Positions 9,181 to 18,328 of a stretch of 51,892 nucleotides of DNA are shown here, in pieces. The stretch comes from Acidimicrobiales bacterium (GTDB taxonomy: Bacteria; Actinomycetota; Acidimicrobiia; Acidimicrobiales; UBA8592), in NCBI GenBank assembly GCA_011523005.1, contig WTHU01000053.1:1-51892 (forward strand), given 5' to 3'. Every line of letters starts with the position of its first letter. Within the stretch, counting starts at the first letter, position 1. The position numbers were made by a program, and so were the translations under genes. The notes beneath the pieces are model-generated. The model had not been told where the DNA came from and made no database searches. It was given only the letters and a program-made list of their open reading frames with translations.

Positions 9181-10881
9181 ATGAATGAACAACCAGTACA
9201 GATGAATATCCACTCATCACGAATCACTCAGCCTAAGAGTCAAGGTGCCTCTCAAGCTATGCTTTTAGCGACTGGCCTTACTCAGTCGGACCTTGATCGA
9301 CCTCAGGTCGGTATTGCTGCATGCTGGTATGAGGGTAATCCATGCAATATGCACCTTGATGACCTTGGTAGCCACGTTAAACGAGGCGTAGTTGGCTCTG
9401 GCCTTGTCGGTATGCGATTCAATACAATAGGTGTCTCTGATGGCATATCAATGGGAACCGACGGTATGTCATATTCTCTACAGAGTCGCGACCTGATCGC
9501 TGATTCGATAGAAACGGTTATGGCAGCCCAGTGGTACGACGGTCTTGTGACTCTGCCTGGCTGTGACAAAAATATGCCTGGTTGTATTATCGCTATGGGT
9601 CGTTTAGATCGACCGGCAATCATGGTCTACGGTGGCACGATTCGGGCTGGCTGTGGCACTATAGGTGGGGTTGAAGAGAAACTTGATGTTGTGTCTGCGT
9701 TTCAAAGTTACGGGCAATTCCTGGCAGGAACAATCACCGAGGAGGAACGACAAACCATTGTGTCATGCGCAATTCCTGGAGCTGGTGCATGTGGAGGAAT
9801 GTACACTGCGAACACTATGGCCACAGCTATTGAAGCAATGGGGTTAAGCCTTCCGTACTCGTCATGCACCCCAGCTGAGGATCCAGCCAAAATTGAGGAA
9901 TGCATTACTGCTGGGGCATCGATGGAAATGCTCCTGTCTGAAGGTTTGACACCTCGCCGGATCGTAACTCGCGAATCCCTTGAGAATGCAATGGTTGTGA
10001 CCATGGCGCTTGGTGGATCAACGAATGCTGTATTGCATATGATCGCAATGGCCCGTGCCTTCGAACTGGACCTAAACCTTGACGATTGGCTTGCGACAAG
10101 TTCACGAGTCCCGCTTCTTGCTGACCTTAAACCTTCAGGTCAGTACGTGATGGAAGACCTCCATGATGTTGGTGGCATTCCTGGTGTTATGCGTTACCTT
10201 CTTGATGAGGGAATGCTTGACGGCGACCAGATGACTGTTACCGGAAAGACATTAGGTGAAAACTTGTCGGAAGTGCCTCGTCTCCTTGAGGACCAAGATA
10301 TTGTTTCCTCTCTGGATAGTGCAGTGAAGTCAAGAGGCCATATCTCAATCTTGCGCGGTAACCTTGCTCCTGGTGGGTCAGTTGGCAAGATCACAGGGAA
10401 ACAAGGCCTATTGTTCACAGGACCGGCTAGAGTCTTTGACTCTGAGGAGGATATGATCTCTGGACTTGAGGAGGGTCGAATTCAATCAGGTGACGTAATT
10501 ATCATTCGTTATGAGGGGCCCAAGGGAGGACCGGGGATGCCTGAGATGCTTACGCCTACTAGCGCCCTTGCGGGTGCGGGTTTCATTGACGATGTTGCAT
10601 TAATCACAGACGGCCGTTTCTCAGGGGGAAGCCACGGCTTCATTGTTGGACACGTCGTGCCAGAGGCACAAGAAGGCGGCCCAATTGCTCTTGTTCATGA
10701 TGGAGATGTCATCACAATTGATGATGAGAGCCATGAAATCACTTTGAAGGTATCAGATGAGGAACTCGCAGTGCGAGCCGAACAGTGGGTGGCACCGCCG
10801 TTCAAAGCTACATCAGGAACCTTGTGGAAATACATTCGCCTCGTAGAAGATGCATCAAATGGATGCGTCACCGATGGGTAG
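9181..10881 (+). CDS. ilvD: dihydroxy-acid dehydratase ([2Fe-2S], PCNMH type)
   Basis: Motifs [49 protein letters not shown] and TDGRFSGG. Confidence 0.97.
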   Translation: MNEQPVQMNIHSSRITQPKSQGASQAMLLATGLTQSDLDRPQVGIAACWYEGNPCNMHLDDLGSHVKRGVVGSGLVGMRFNTIGVSDGISMGTDGMSYSLQSRDLIADSIETVMAAQWYDGLVTLPGCDKNMPGCIIAMGRLDRPAIMVYGGTIRAGCGTIGGVEEKLDVVSAFQSYGQFLAGTITEEERQTIVSCAIPGAGACGGMYTANTMATAIEAMGLSLPYSSCTPAEDPAKIEECITAGASMEMLLSEGLTPRRIVTRESLENAMVVTMALGGSTNAVLHMIAMARAFELDLNLDDWLATSSRVPLLADLKPSGQYVMEDLHDVGGIPGVMRYLLDEGMLDGDQMTVTGKTLGENLSEVPRLLEDQDIVSSLDSAVKSRGHISILRGNLAPGGSVGKITGKQGLLFTGPARVFDSEEDMISGLEEGRIQSGDVIIIRYEGPKGGPGMPEMLTPTSALAGAGFIDDVALITDGRFSGGSHGFIVGHVVPEAQEGGPIALVHDGDVITIDDESHEITLKVSDEELAVRAEQWVAPPFKATSGTLWKYIRLVEDASNGCVTDG

Positions 10882-10955
10882 AAGTCATTCCCTAATTACT
10901 AAGTCAAACGAAGTTTTACTAATTTCCTCTGGCCAACGACTTCGGACTAATTGAG

Positions 10956-11768
10956 TCAGGCTGTTATGGACTCGTTAATCTGATTGAATAACGTTCGGAC
11001 GATTAATGCATAGGTATCTGAGATTGCTGCCTCTCTGTGTTCCTTTTGAGCTTCTAGTCTTGCTGGGTCTTGCGCTACAGCCATGAATGCAGCTTTGCTT
11101 GGAAATGCATTAAATCTTACTTGGTCCCATTCTCTGCCATCCCCGATAATTGTGCCTTCTACACCGAACCAACCAGAAACTTGAACACCATGTTGAATAG
11201 CGATATCACTAGCCTTGGACGTATATTCGTCCATTTTTCCCGGAGTTTCGCCGAAAGGAGCATTATCTTTAAATTTAATTACATGCAAGACTACGATCGG
11301 CCCATCTTCCCCGCTAGGCGGATGTTCCACACTCTCCCAATTGGGTAAGGGCTTTTGAGCACTTGGGGCATTTATTGGTAGGCAACCCATAACTATTGTT
11401 TCTTTCATTCCTGCTTCTTTGTGTACATGCGCTTTTTGGAAGTCATTTCTTGCTTGCATTTCGATGAATGACTTTCTTGTCGGATATTTCACAACAGCTA
11501 TTCGATCCCAGTCTCGATGATCGCCAAGAAGCTTATTTTCAACTACCCCGAAATAAACGATTTCTGCTCCTATTGCTTTAAGAGATTCGCGAGGAGAATA
11601 AAGATCGTCGGCATCTTGTCCAGAAATGACTAGATCAGAGCCATTTTCGTATTGAGCAATATCATGATATTTCATGAGGTTAACCATCCAGACTGGACCA
11701 TCTTCGTTAGCGGGTGTGGTCGCTAATCTTTCGGCATATTTAAAGTCTATTTTCCCATATTTTGGCAT
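10956..11768 (-). CDS. tandem DUF1330-like (dimeric alpha-beta barrel) protein
   Basis: Two internal repeats: GPVWMVNLMKY...WDRIAVVKYPTRKSF..M...H.EA and GPIVVLHVIKF...WDQVRFNAFPSKAAF...HREAA. Confidence 0.65.
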   Translation of the reverse strand: MPKYGKIDFKYAERLATTPANEDGPVWMVNLMKYHDIAQYENGSDLVISGQDADDLYSPRESLKAIGAEIVYFGVVENKLLGDHRDWDRIAVVKYPTRKSFIEMQARNDFQKAHVHKEAGMKETIVMGCLPINAPSAQKPLPNWESVEHPPSGEDGPIVVLHVIKFKDNAPFGETPGKMDEYTSKASDIAIQHGVQVSGWFGVEGTIIGDGREWDQVRFNAFPSKAAFMAVAQDPARLEAQKEHREAAISDTYALIVRTLFNQINESITA

Positions 11769-11784
11769 TTTGACGCTTCCTATT

Positions 11785-12693
11785 TTATTTTGATGCGATA
11801 AAGGTGTTAATTATTTGAGCAAGTTCGTTCGGTTTATCCTCCTGAAGAAAATGTCCTGCTCCTTCAATGATGATGTGTGGTTGACCTTGAGCCCCGGGTA
11901 CGTCTCGTATGAAATCCTTTTCTCCTCCAGCCGTTACAGGGTCACTGTCACTAAATGCAGTTAGAAAAGGTTTAGTAAATTCTTTAAGAACTTTCCAAGC
12001 CCTTTTGTTGTCCTGTGATGCAGGATTATCATTAGAAGTCGGAACAAGTGAAGGAAAGATTCTGGCTCCCGCTGTGTACTCATCGGATGGGAAAGGGGCA
12101 TAGTATGCCTTTATTTCATCACTCTGGAGTTCGCGAACCGTAGCCGTATTTATAAGGTCACCAATTGGGAATTCTGGCGAAGTTTGTGAGTATTTTTGCC
12201 AGTCCATGAACGCTTTTGTAAGTTGACCTTCACCAGTTGGGAGTCCTGTGTTCCCAATTACAACACGCGAGAACCGTCCTTGGTCGGAACCGACTAAACG
12301 TAAACCAATTAATCCACCCCAATCTTGCCCAAAGAAGGTCATATTTTGTAGATTTAATGTTTCAAAGAGCAATTCCTGCATCCAGAGGACATGACGAGCG
12401 TATGTATAATCCTCCATTCTCGTTGGTTTGTCACTTTTTCCAAAGCCAACTAAATCTGGAACAATAACGCGATGACCAGCTTCTACGAGAATAGGAATCA
12501 TGTGACGATAGAGATAACTCCACGAGGGTTCTCCGTGAAGTAATAGCACAGGGTCAGCGTCTGCAGGCCCTTCATCAAGGTAATGAACTCGTAGAGTCCC
12601 ACCCTCTTGATCATTTATCTCTTGGTAATTACCTTCAAATTGATAATCTTTTAAATTTTCAAATTGAGAATCAGGTGTCCTAATAATCTCCAT
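11785..12693 (-). CDS. haloalkane dehalogenase (HLD-I, DhmA/DhlA-like)
   Basis: RTPDSQF N-terminus, HGEPSWSYLY, nucleophile GQDWGG, acid SDSDP and catalytic His GAGHFLQED. Confidence 0.9.
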   Translation of the reverse strand: MEIIRTPDSQFENLKDYQFEGNYQEINDQEGGTLRVHYLDEGPADADPVLLLHGEPSWSYLYRHMIPILVEAGHRVIVPDLVGFGKSDKPTRMEDYTYARHVLWMQELLFETLNLQNMTFFGQDWGGLIGLRLVGSDQGRFSRVVIGNTGLPTGEGQLTKAFMDWQKYSQTSPEFPIGDLINTATVRELQSDEIKAYYAPFPSDEYTAGARIFPSLVPTSNDNPASQDNKRAWKVLKEFTKPFLTAFSDSDPVTAGGEKDFIRDVPGAQGQPHIIIEGAGHFLQEDKPNELAQIINTFIASK

Positions 12694-12714
12694 TGTTATC
12701 CCTCCGCTAATTAT

Positions 12715-13566
12715 TTATTTGATAGTAACTTTCAGTAAGTCGTCGCCGATTTCAACTTTTCCAGAAAATTTCTCAGCTGCTTTATCAAGCCATTGCTGGA
12801 CTACTAATTCATGGAATTCATTCTCTTTAGGCGGAATAGCGGGAACATAATGAGTCAAAATCAATGTGTCCATTCCAGCCCTTTCGGCAGTATCTGCCGC
12901 CTCCTCCACAGACGAATGATAATTTAAAATGTCTTGAATTCTTTGGTTTGGAAGTTGTTCAACGATATCTTTCCGTATCGCTGTGTGAACTAATGCTTGT
13001 GCTCCGCTACACAGTTGGTCCAGATCAGCACATGGGATTGTATCTCCTGCAACAACTGCCGAATTTCCTTGGTAATCAAACCGAAAAGCAACTGTCGGGT
13101 CAACGGGCTTATGATCAGTAGGAGCTGCGGAGATACGTACTGCTGAAGACAAATCCAATGTTCCTCTGGTGATTTCAGTAACTTCAACCTGAGGAGGTTT
13201 ATGCAGGTCATCGTGGTGAGCGATTCTATAGCCAATATCAAGTTCTAAGAAATGCAGGATTCTTGAGACAGTTTCCTTTGTGCCCTCAGGTCCGACAATA
13301 CGCAGAACTTTTGGTTCATCTACGTTCAGAGCCCAAGAAGATGTGATTACGTCGTTAAGGTCTGTTATGTGATCGCTATGCAAGTGAGTTAGTAATACTG
13401 CATTCAACATAGTTGGCGTACATCCGGCAGCGGCGAGACGCATAAGGACTCCTCGACCAGCATCAATCAGGTAGTTCTCGTCTCCCGCCTGAACCAATGT
13501 TGAGGGACCAGCCCTATGTGGATCCGGCATCGGAGAACCCGTGCCTAATAATGTAATGTCTATCAT
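12715..13566 (-). CDS. MBL-fold metallohydrolase, RNase Z/AtsA (ElaC) family; possible type III sulfatase
   Basis: LLGTGSP, THLHSDH, AGDT, HSS and LTHYVP motifs; adjacent to a sulfatase gene. Confidence 0.85.
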   Translation of the reverse strand: MIDITLLGTGSPMPDPHRAGPSTLVQAGDENYLIDAGRGVLMRLAAAGCTPTMLNAVLLTHLHSDHITDLNDVITSSWALNVDEPKVLRIVGPEGTKETVSRILHFLELDIGYRIAHHDDLHKPPQVEVTEITRGTLDLSSAVRISAAPTDHKPVDPTVAFRFDYQGNSAVVAGDTIPCADLDQLCSGAQALVHTAIRKDIVEQLPNQRIQDILNYHSSVEEAADTAERAGMDTLILTHYVPAIPPKENEFHELVVQQWLDKAAEKFSGKVEIGDDLLKVTIK

Positions 13567-13574
13567 GATCTCTC

Positions 13575-15848
13575 CTACTGTTTTGCGTTTTCTGCACGCT
13601 GCTGCACTTCCGCTAGGTCGCGTGGTTCACGTGCAACGAGTTGTATCTCCAATTCATGTAATTTTCCGGTGAAAGAAAACAAATCGTCGTACAACTGTGA
13701 AACTGGGGATCCATGATCAAATCCGATGCTGGCGCTTCCTGAGGTGATCATACGCATATAGAACGGAATTTCGATCATTCCGCTTGGTTTGTCATTGATA
13801 AAAAGTTCAATCGTACCGTTTTTCCCTAACCGCCTGAACTCAGCTTTAAGTTCAACCTCACCGTTAGGAAGAGTTCTATCTGATTCAATGATCGAATGAT
13901 CGTCAAAGGCATTGTAATCAATCACTAATCGGTTGTTGAGAACGAAGAAAGAGATACCTGAGTTTTCAGTTCCATAAGCGAAAAGCACACCATTGTCATC
14001 TGATGCGCAACTTACTCGTGCCGTGATGTCAAAGCTTCGACCACTGATACTTGCAGCGGCCTGTCCAGGTATGGGCGACATAGGAGGCTTATACACATAC
14101 CTTCGGTCTGAAGGGTGTGGCGATTGATCACGAAACCGCTGACCAAAAAGTTCAATCATCCTGTCATCTAGAGGAAGGACACCGTGCTTGTCCGCTTCCT
14201 CCCACCATAGATGTTGAAGTTCTGTAAGTTTCGACTGATTTTTATCAGCTAAATTATCACATTCTGACCAATCCAATGACAGGTCATATAGTTCCCATGG
14301 TTCCTCTGCGTAGTCATCCCCTTGAACATGTCGAGTTACGGCTTTCCAATTATCAGCAATAATTGCTCGGCTTCCTGCGTTTTCAAAATATTGAACTTGA
14401 TTTTTCGATTTAGCCTCAGGCTCGTTTAGTAAATGAGCAAACGAATGACCTGTTACCGGTAATTGCTCAATTCCTTTAAACAAAGAAGGTGGAGTTATCC
14501 CAAGAAGATCAAAAATAGTCGGTGCAATATCTGCAACGTTGATAAATTGATTCCGCAGTTGGCCATTTTGCGATTTATCTATTCCCTCAGGCCAATGAAT
14601 GACTAGCGGAACATGCACTCCACCCTCATGCGTATTTTGTTTATACCATTTAAAAGGGCTGTTACCTGCCTGAGCCCATCCCCAAGGGTAATTGGTATGA
14701 CTGTGCGGACCGCCAATGTCATCTATTCTTTGAATTGCTTCCTCTGGTGTTTCCAAAATTGCATTGAAAAATTTCATTTCGTGCATAACACCAAATGGCC
14801 CACCTTCTTGCGAAGCTCCATTATCTGAAAGCAGGATAAAGACTGTGTTATCTAACTGACCAAGCTCGCGTAACCCATCAACAATTCTCCCGATTTGATC
14901 ATCTGTATGATCAAGAAAAGCGGCAAAAGCCTCTTGTAGCCTTGCTGCAAGTTCCTTTTGAACATCAGGCAAGTCTTCCCACGCTTCAACTCCTGGGTTT
15001 CGAGGTGCTAATTGCGTTCCTTCGGGAATAATTCCTAACTCGAGTTGATTCTGATACCACTGCTCACGAGTTATATCCCAGCCTTGATCAAACTTACCCC
15101 GGTACTTATCTAAATACTCTTGGGGTGCTTGGTGTGGTGCATGCGTTGCTCCAAAAGGTATGTAAGCAAAGAAAGGTCTATCAGGTCTGACTCCCTTTAG
15201 GTCACTTACCATGGAGAAGAAATTATCTACAAGATCCTCCGAGAGGTGGTAGCCATCTTCAGGTTTAGCTGGAGGGTTAACATGGTGGTTATCCTTCGTG
15301 AGACTTGGATTAAACTGATCTGTCTCTCCTTCAAGGAACCCGTAAAATCTGTCAAATCCTCTCCCGAGTGGCCATTGGTTAAAGGGTCCGGCTGCAGAAC
15401 AATCCTCCATCGGCGCTAGATGCCACTTTCCAAGACAAAAGGTTGCATACCCCTTTGAATTCAATATTTCCGCTATCGTTGCGGCTTTATTAGTTATATG
15501 CCCCAGCATGTTTGGGAATCCAGTTTTAAAATTAGATACGGACCTCATTCCAACTGCATGCTGCGATCTTCCGGTTAGTAACGATGCCCTTGTAGGTGAA
15601 CATAGAGGAGTGACGTGAAAGTTCGTAAATTGCAATCCACCTCCGGCTAGAGAATCAATATTTTTTGTGTCAATCGAAGAGCCGTAGCATCCCAACTGGG
15701 CGAAGCCAGTGTCATCTAATAGAACCACCACGATGTTTGGGGCGTCCTCACCTGGGTGTTCAGGGATTTCAAACCACGGTTCAGAATCCTTATAAGTCTT
15801 ATTAATCGTTCCCTTAAAGCTGCTCTCTTGACCAACCAATTTAGACAT
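13575..15848 (-). CDS. arylsulfatase (Cys-type formylglycine sulfatase) with a C-terminal beta-sandwich domain
   Basis: PNIVVVLLDDTG, CSPTRASLLTGR (CxPxR), GKWH, GATHAPH and SDNG; no obvious signal peptide. Confidence 0.93.
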   Translation of the reverse strand: MSKLVGQESSFKGTINKTYKDSEPWFEIPEHPGEDAPNIVVVLLDDTGFAQLGCYGSSIDTKNIDSLAGGGLQFTNFHVTPLCSPTRASLLTGRSQHAVGMRSVSNFKTGFPNMLGHITNKAATIAEILNSKGYATFCLGKWHLAPMEDCSAAGPFNQWPLGRGFDRFYGFLEGETDQFNPSLTKDNHHVNPPAKPEDGYHLSEDLVDNFFSMVSDLKGVRPDRPFFAYIPFGATHAPHQAPQEYLDKYRGKFDQGWDITREQWYQNQLELGIIPEGTQLAPRNPGVEAWEDLPDVQKELAARLQEAFAAFLDHTDDQIGRIVDGLRELGQLDNTVFILLSDNGASQEGGPFGVMHEMKFFNAILETPEEAIQRIDDIGGPHSHTNYPWGWAQAGNSPFKWYKQNTHEGGVHVPLVIHWPEGIDKSQNGQLRNQFINVADIAPTIFDLLGITPPSLFKGIEQLPVTGHSFAHLLNEPEAKSKNQVQYFENAGSRAIIADNWKAVTRHVQGDDYAEEPWELYDLSLDWSECDNLADKNQSKLTELQHLWWEEADKHGVLPLDDRMIELFGQRFRDQSPHPSDRRYVYKPPMSPIPGQAAASISGRSFDITARVSCASDDNGVLFAYGTENSGISFFVLNNRLVIDYNAFDDHSIIESDRTLPNGEVELKAEFRRLGKNGTIELFINDKPSGMIEIPFYMRMITSGSASIGFDHGSPVSQLYDDLFSFTGKLHELEIQLVAREPRDLAEVQQRAENAKQ

Positions 15849-15856
15849 TCGTTCTC

Positions 15857-16471
15857 CTATTCGCTATCTGGCAAAAGGCAGTCAATAGCGCTACTCCAGG
15901 CTCTGCGGGTTTGCACCATTGACCTATTTTGTGTTCGACGAAACTGCTCCCACGATTCAACCGATGTGAGAACTGAGATATTGATAACTATATCGTCACG
16001 ATTTGCCGGGTTGAGTGTACGAAGTTCGAGATCAAAGTGCACCCGTATCTGGTCCGAAAGCATTAACCGTGCGGAGTCGAGCTGCTTTGCTGCAATCAGG
16101 CTGTGCTGTTGGTTCTTACGATTGAGCAGTTGGAGCGGGTGGAGTTTCTCATGAAGTAAAACTCGCGCTTCAGTGAAAGCTGTGATGCGCTGTTTGCGGT
16201 CACCAGCCCCTATCTTAGGAATAGAGACTAGATCGGGGAAACGTTCCGAAATGCGAATGATCGCGTCGTTTCGGAGTTCATCAAGTGTTTCAAAATATCG
16301 ATACATTGATGCTATTGAAACGCCTGCGCGTTTCGCCACCGCATCTGGGCCAGGTGCGTCTCCATGCTCCAGCACTAAATCAATGAACGCATCAACTGCT
16401 GATACGCGCCGCTCGTGTCGCTTGATGGTGTGCCCGTTAGCTAATGATGCAATCTGGATACTATTAGTCAT
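15857..16471 (-). CDS. TetR/AcrR family transcriptional regulator
   Basis: N-terminal HTH DAVAKRAGVSIASMYRYF; first gene of the sulfatase operon. Confidence 0.9.
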   Translation of the reverse strand: MTNSIQIASLANGHTIKRHERRVSAVDAFIDLVLEHGDAPGPDAVAKRAGVSIASMYRYFETLDELRNDAIIRISERFPDLVSIPKIGAGDRKQRITAFTEARVLLHEKLHPLQLLNRKNQQHSLIAAKQLDSARLMLSDQIRVHFDLELRTLNPANRDDIVINISVLTSVESWEQFRRTQNRSMVQTRRAWSSAIDCLLPDSE

Positions 16472-16526
16472 CGCACTCTAGTCCTGAACTGAGCTTTCTT
16501 GGTAGCGCAGTTTCCATCAACATTCA

Positions 16527-16549
16527 TGATAGTGATACTATCACTATCA
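16527..16549. promoter_or_regulatory. perfect 23-bp palindrome, probable TetR operator
   Basis: TGATAGTGATA-C-TATCACTATCA (11-1-11), 55 bp upstream of the TetR start codon. Confidence 0.75.
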
Positions 16550-16631
16550 AATTTACCCAACAAATACCTTATAGAAGCTGCACGCGTTCAAGCACTTTTG
16601 CGAAATCCTATTCTCATGCTGAATAAGTCAA

Positions 16632-17609
16632 CTATGGGAAAAGGTCATCTAAAGAACAAATACAAATTTGGCTCTCAGAGCCAGGATGATTTGTATGGAA
16701 AGCTTCCGAAATTTTTTTTAGTTCGTCACTGCATACTCCGGGCATGAGAATGTCGATGGATGATTGGCTGCGAATGTAGACATAGTCCGACGCAAATGAG
16801 CCAAGAATATCGTTTTCGTTAACCCCCTTCTTCTTGCCGTCCTCAAGGCTAATCCGAAGGCCATTAATCTCTTGAATTTTGCTTGCGTTCAACCGATACC
16901 CAACGAACTCCAGCAACGAACTCATAGAGTCTCTAATTAGATTTACTTTTGAGTCTGGAATTGACTCCCAACGCACAGGAATCTCCAAAATTGAGAAATT
17001 ATGTCGATATGCAAGATCGAGGATCTCTGCGTCTTGCGCAAACCCTTTAACATGTGAGGCTGAAAATAGTATTTTGGCAACTGGGCTTCTGTAGACCTTA
17101 AAACCGCATTGGGTATCTGCAATTTTATGTTTAGTTAGCATCCGTAGAAGTAACGAGAATCCTAAAGTTACGAACTTTCGCGAGCTGGTGATTCCTTGGG
17201 TTTGCGAACCTTCAATTGATCGAGATCCAACAACAATGTCATGCTCGTCAAGCCCCTTCATTGCAGGTTCGATAGCAGAAAGGTCAGTGGCCATATCTGC
17301 ATCCATCGTGATTATTTTTGGAGCGTTTGCAGCCATTACTCCTACTCGTAATGCACTTCCTTTGCCAGTGTTTTGAGGTTTCGTTATTACTTTCCCCATC
17401 GGGAAGAAATCTTCAATAAATTGCCGACAGATTGTACTTGTTGAATCAGTACTTCCATCATCAACGACTATTACTTCAATGCGTTGGGGGTCGACAGATA
17501 TTGAACGCAGTGCGTCTAATAGAGAGGGGATTCTTTTCTCTTCATTAAATGCTGGCAGAATAATAGAGATTACTGCGTTACTTCTATAAACGTAGTTATT
17601 TCCACTCAC
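16632..17609 (-). CDS. GT2 glycosyltransferase (dolichyl/polyprenyl-phosphate hexosyltransferase-like)
   Basis: IILPAFNEE, VDDGSTD, NTGKG, DADMATD, DTQCGFK and FAQDAE motifs. Confidence 0.88.
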   Translation of the reverse strand: MSGNNYVYRSNAVISIILPAFNEEKRIPSLLDALRSISVDPQRIEVIVVDDGSTDSTSTICRQFIEDFFPMGKVITKPQNTGKGSALRVGVMAANAPKIITMDADMATDLSAIEPAMKGLDEHDIVVGSRSIEGSQTQGITSSRKFVTLGFSLLLRMLTKHKIADTQCGFKVYRSPVAKILFSASHVKGFAQDAEILDLAYRHNFSILEIPVRWESIPDSKVNLIRDSMSSLLEFVGYRLNASKIQEINGLRISLEDGKKKGVNENDILGSFASDYVYIRSQSSIDILMPGVCSDELKKISEAFHTNHPGSESQICICSLDDLFP

Positions 17610-18274
17610 GACTGATTTTCAGGCGGTGGAGGCGGAATCTCAATAGCTGTGATGATTACGCCATTAAATATTGCGTATCGACCTTTCATTTCTGCGATAG
17701 GGCCATTCTTTTGAATGTGGGCTGTAAAGGTGTTTCTTTCTTCATGGAAATTGATGAATACTTCTTTGAAACCCAACCATTTGTTGGTAATGGGATACCA
17801 GGCTTTATATGTTGCTTCTTTTGCGGAGAAGAGAACTTTTCCGGGATGTTGAATTAGTCCGCTAGCTGTGGCTTTAATCCATTCTTGTTCGTTTTCATTA
17901 CTTATTCTCCTCAACACTCTTGAAGATAGAGGTTCGTCTATTTCTGCGTCTAAACCTAGAGAGTGAACATCTGATTGTTTAGCGACTGCTGCAGCAGCGT
18001 ACCCACGCGAATGCGTGATGGATCCCACTACACCAGAAGGCCAGATCGGCTCTCCTTTATTTCCGATCGGAATATGCACAGGAGGTATATTTGCCAAAGC
18101 CATTGATTGATGCGCGCAAAAGCGTCCTGCGATGTATTCGTTCTTTCGGTTTTGTGAAACGTTCTTTAGGTAAGTACGTTCGTTCAACGAGAGAAATGAT
18201 GAATCAATCATTGAGTCACGAGTGTCCGTGACGGCTACCGACCTCGAAAATAAATCTTTCAAAACGTCTCTCAT
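17606..18274 (-). CDS. 4'-phosphopantetheinyl transferase (EntD/PptT type)
   Basis: R.NEYIAGR.CA, PIWPSGVVGSITH, GLDAE and FSAKEATYKAW motifs. Confidence 0.92.
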   Translation of the reverse strand: MRDVLKDLFSRSVAVTDTRDSMIDSSFLSLNERTYLKNVSQNRKNEYIAGRFCAHQSMALANIPPVHIPIGNKGEPIWPSGVVGSITHSRGYAAAAVAKQSDVHSLGLDAEIDEPLSSRVLRRISNENEQEWIKATASGLIQHPGKVLFSAKEATYKAWYPITNKWLGFKEVFINFHEERNTFTAHIQKNGPIAEMKGRYAIFNGVIITAIEIPPPPPENQS

Positions 18275-18328
18275 GCCTTTGGACCGTATCTCACAAATCT
18301 ATTGTTGACACATCTGCAGTAGCGGTGC

